NCBI GenBank assembly: GCA_036381835.1
Contig: DASVCA010000025.1
Coordinates: forward strand, 8,397-72,396
Direction: 5' to 3'
Length of the DNA stretch: 64,000 bases
From: Micromonosporaceae bacterium
GTDB taxonomy: Bacteria; Actinomycetota; Actinomycetes; Mycobacteriales; Micromonosporaceae
The stretch's first letter is position 1, and every line of letters begins with the position of its first letter. The notes under the pieces were generated by a model. That model was given only the letters and a program-made list of their open reading frames with translations. It did no database searches and was not told where the DNA came from. Shown in pieces: positions 61,127 through 64,000 of the stretch. The position numbers and the translations under genes were made by a program.

Positions 61127-61414
61127 TTTGATCCTTTAGGGGCGATTTTTAGGCAGAATGCTACCAGGGCGATCGGGGACCAGCGGGCGGGCAGGGTGAG
61201 CGGATGTGAGCGCGGACAGCTTTTCGCGAGCGCTAACGGACTCGGACAGTTGTCGTGGTTGTGCCAATCGTCACCAAGGGCTCCCAGGGCCCTCACCTGG
61301 TCGCTTAACCTTCGCGCAACCGAGGCCGTTGGTCGCCTTTGACGCCGATGAACGTCGTCGAGGCGCGCGGACCGACCGACCTTGTTCATCCAACCGGCGT
61401 GGCTGGAGGCTCTC

Positions 61415-64000
61415 GTGACATCGAAAGAGACGGCGGAACACAAGTACGTCTACGACTTCGCCGAAGGGAACAAGGATCTCAAAGAGCTGCTGGGCGGCAA
61501 GGGTGCGAACCTGGCCGAGATGACCAATCTCGGGCTTCCCGTACCGCCCGGCTTCACCATCACCACCGAGGCCTGCCGGGTCTACCTGAGCACCGGTCGG
61601 CCACCCGCGGAACTCGCCGGACAGATCGACCGCCACCTGGCCGCGCTGGAGGCGGCCATGGGCCGCAGGCTCGGGGATCCGGCCGACCCGTTGCTGGTCT
61701 CCGTCCGGTCCGGGGCGAAGTTCTCCATGCCCGGCATGATGGAGACGGTGCTCAACGTCGGGCTCAACGACGTCAGCGTCACCGGCCTGTCCGCTCAGGC
61801 CGGCGGCAACGACCGGTTCGCCTGGGACTCCTACCGGCGCTTGATTCAGATGTTCGGCAAGACCGTGTGCGGGGTGCCGGGCGAGGCGTTCGACCACGCG
61901 ATGGAGGAGGCCAAGCGAGCCAAGGGCACGACCAACGACCTGGATCTCGACGCCGACGACCTGCGGGCGCTCGTCGACACCTTCAAGCAGATCTTCGCCG
62001 AGCACACCGGGCGCAGCTTCCCGCAGGACCCGCGTGAGCAGCTCGATCTGGCCATCCAGGCGGTCTTCGACTCGTGGAACGCCGAACGGGCCGTGCTCTA
62101 TCGCCGACAGGAGCGCATCCCCGCGGATCTCGGCACCGCCGTCAACGTGGTCGCCATGGTCTTCGGCAACCTCGGCCCCGACTCCGGTACCGGAGTCGCC
62201 TTCACCCGCGACCCGGCCACCGGCAACCAGGGCATCTACGGCGACTACCTGCCCAACGCCCAGGGCGAGGACGTGGTCGCCGGGATCCGCAACACCATCC
62301 CGCTGCAGGAGCTCGAACGGCTGGACAAGAACTCGTACGACGAGCTGCTTGCGATCATGGCCCGGCTCGAGGAGCACTACCGTGACCTGTGCGACATCGA
62401 GTTCACCATCGAACGCGGCAAGCTGTGGATGCTGCAGACCCGGGTAGGCAAGCGGACCGCCGCCGCCGCGTTCATCATCGCCAACCAGCTCGTCGACGAG
62501 GGACTCATCGACCTGCATGAGGCGCTCAAGCGAGTCAACGGTGAACAGCTCGCGCAACTGATGTTCCCCAGGTTCGACGTCAACCACGACATCAAGCCGC
62601 TGGCGAAGGGCATCGGCGCCTCCCCCGGGGCAGCGGTCGGCAAGGCGGTCTTCTCCTCCGCCCGCGCGGTCGAGCTGGCCGCCCAAGGCGAGCGGGTCAT
62701 CCTGGTCCGACGGGAGACCAACCCGGACGACCTGCCGGGCATGATCGCCGCCCAGGGCATCCTCACCTCACGGGGCGGCAAGACCAGCCATGCCGCGGTC
62801 GTCGCCCGCGGCATGGGCAAGACCTGTGTCTGCGGTGCCGAGTCGCTCGATGTGGACGTGCGCAACGCGCACTTCACGGTCAACGGTCACGCGGTCCGCG
62901 AAGGCGACCTCATCTCCATCGACGGCGACAGCGGCAGCATCTACCTCGGTGAGGTTCCGGTCTGCCCGTCCGAGGTGATGCAGTACTTCGAGGGCACGCT
63001 CGACCCGGAGCAGTCGCAGGACCCGCTGGTGCGCGCCGTGCACCGGATCATGGGATGCGCCGACGAAGCCCGGCGGCTACGCGTCCGCGCCAACGCCGAC
63101 ACCGCCGAGGACGCCGCCCGCGCCCGCCGGTTCGGCGCCGAGGGCATCGGGTTGTGCCGCACCGAGCACATGTTCCTCGGCGACCGCCGCGAACTGGTGG
63201 AACGACTCATCCTGGCGGACAGCACGGCGAAGCAGGAGGAGGCGCTCGCTGCACTCCTGCCGTTGCAGCGGGCCGACTTCATCGACATTTTCCGGGAGAT
63301 GGACGGCCTGCCGGTCACGGTGCGCCTGATCGATCCGCCGTTGCATGAGTTCCTGCCTCCGCTGGAGGAGTTGGCGGTGCGGGTGGCGCTCGCGCACGAG
63401 CGCGGCGAAGACGCCGGCAAGGACGAGAAACTGCTCGCCGCGGTGCGGCGGATGCACGAGCAGAACCCGATGCTCGGACTGCGCGGCGTCCGGCTCGGTC
63501 TGGTGATCCCGGGCCTGTTCGCGATGCAGGTGCGGGCCATCGCGGAGGCCGCGGTGGCCCGGGTCGAGCAGGGCGGCGACCCACGACCGGAGATCATGGT
63601 CCCGCTGGTCGGCGCGGTGCAGGAGCTGGAGACCGTCCGCGCCGAGGCAGAGAAGATCATCTCGGAGGTGGTCGGCGAACGGGGCGTCAACATCCAGATC
63701 GGCACGATGATCGAGGTGCCGCGGGCGGCGCTCACCGCCGGACAGATCGCTGAGGCGGCCGACTTCTTCTCGTACGGGACCAACGACCTGACGCAGATGG
63801 GGTGGGGGTTCTCCCGGGACGACGTCGAAGGTGCCTTCTTCTCGCGCTACCTCGAGGCGGGCATCTTCGGTGTCTCACCCTTCGAGTCGATCGACCGCGA
63901 CGGGATCGGACGGTTGGTGCGCATCGCCACCGAGGAGGGCCGGGCGACCCGCCCCGATCTCAAGATCGGCGTGTGCGGTGAGCACGGTGGGGACCCGGAA
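61415..64000 (+). CDS. ppdK: pyruvate, phosphate dikinase (3'-truncated by window edge)
   Basis: This gene is not in the supplied ORF track because it has no stop in the window. Reading from the GTG at 61415 (5 nt after GGAGG) gives VTSKETAEHKYVYDFAEGNKDLKELLGGKGANLAEM..., KFSMPGMMETVLNVGLND, phospho-His loop TSRGGKTSHAAVVARGMGKTCVCG, and ...GVCGEHGGDPE at the window end. The frame is open for all 862 codons. Confidence 0.93.
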   Translation, partial: MTSKETAEHKYVYDFAEGNKDLKELLGGKGANLAEMTNLGLPVPPGFTITTEACRVYLSTGRPPAELAGQIDRHLAALEAAMGRRLGDPADPLLVSVRSGAKFSMPGMMETVLNVGLNDVSVTGLSAQAGGNDRFAWDSYRRLIQMFGKTVCGVPGEAFDHAMEEAKRAKGTTNDLDLDADDLRALVDTFKQIFAEHTGRSFPQDPREQLDLAIQAVFDSWNAERAVLYRRQERIPADLGTAVNVVAMVFGNLGPDSGTGVAFTRDPATGNQGIYGDYLPNAQGEDVVAGIRNTIPLQELERLDKNSYDELLAIMARLEEHYRDLCDIEFTIERGKLWMLQTRVGKRTAAAAFIIANQLVDEGLIDLHEALKRVNGEQLAQLMFPRFDVNHDIKPLAKGIGASPGAAVGKAVFSSARAVELAAQGERVILVRRETNPDDLPGMIAAQGILTSRGGKTSHAAVVARGMGKTCVCGAESLDVDVRNAHFTVNGHAVREGDLISIDGDSGSIYLGEVPVCPSEVMQYFEGTLDPEQSQDPLVRAVHRIMGCADEARRLRVRANADTAEDAARARRFGAEGIGLCRTEHMFLGDRRELVERLILADSTAKQEEALAALLPLQRADFIDIFREMDGLPVTVRLIDPPLHEFLPPLEELAVRVALAHERGEDAGKDEKLLAAVRRMHEQNPMLGLRGVRLGLVIPGLFAMQVRAIAEAAVARVEQGGDPRPEIMVPLVGAVQELETVRAEAEKIISEVVGERGVNIQIGTMIEVPRAALTAGQIAEAADFFSYGTNDLTQMGWGFSRDDVEGAFFSRYLEAGIFGVSPFESIDRDGIGRLVRIATEEGRATRPDLKIGVCGEHGGDPE

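Noticed and set aside
61295-61310. DasR/dre-like site (ACCTGGTCGCTTAACC) upstream of the GH20 hexosaminidase.
   Set aside because: It matches only the TGGTC half of the TGGTCTAGACCA core and the second half-site is degenerate. This is not distinguishable from chance.
59180-61342. 720-aa plus-strand ORF opposite the GH20 gene.
   Set aside because: Antisense shadow. The GH20 catalytic motifs (HLHLTDDQGWR, HIGGDEA) are on the minus strand.
61339-62037. Track ORFs in other frames or on the other strand over 61339..63783 (for example 232 aa on plus, 471 aa on minus, 280 aa on minus).
   Set aside because: They overlap the open-ended ppdK frame (61415 to the window end). That frame carries diagnostic PPDK motifs but is missing from the track because it has no stop in the window.

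Overview
This window is a high-G+C actinobacterial chromosome segment with strong GC3 bias. Its gene order matches the conserved actinobacterial core seen in Mycobacterium and Streptomyces. The protein sequences look Micromonosporaceae-like, but that is inference only. It is densely packed with housekeeping genes. From start to end: ileS (3' part), plsC-like, a radical-SAM pair, rne, rplU-rpmA-obg, trpS, pepN, nadD-rsfS, comEA-comEC-holA, rpsT, lepA, a CUT1 sugar ABC operon, hemW, hrcA-dnaJ-rsmE, phoH-ybeY-CNNM-era-recO-uppS, gnd, a TPP-riboswitch-controlled YkoEDC-type ECF transporter, fadE, znuACB-smtB-zur, glyQS, dus, a GH20 hexosaminidase, and ppdK. The ppdK gene runs off the 3' edge and is absent from the supplied ORF track. 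I found no rRNA or tRNA genes, CRISPR arrays, transposases, integrases or defence-island hallmarks. I cannot support any claim of a novel multi-gene system here. The noteworthy signals are regulatory or annotation-level. (1) A Trp-Trp leader peptide with competing hairpins lies upstream of trpS. (2) A DUF2344/TIGR03936-like gene has no ATG, GTG or TTG start; it has an SD-spaced ATC and shares the reading frame of the upstream radical-SAM gene. (3) A TPP riboswitch lies upstream of the ECF operon, and the ECF S-component gene carries an in-frame 21-bp x4 tandem repeat. (4) A CIRCE element precedes hrcA. (5) A Zur box precedes a five-gene zinc cluster. (6) There are structured leader and attenuator elements around rplU-rpmA-obg. 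Many long ORFs in the track are antisense shadows of real genes, typical of GC-rich DNA, and were rejected.
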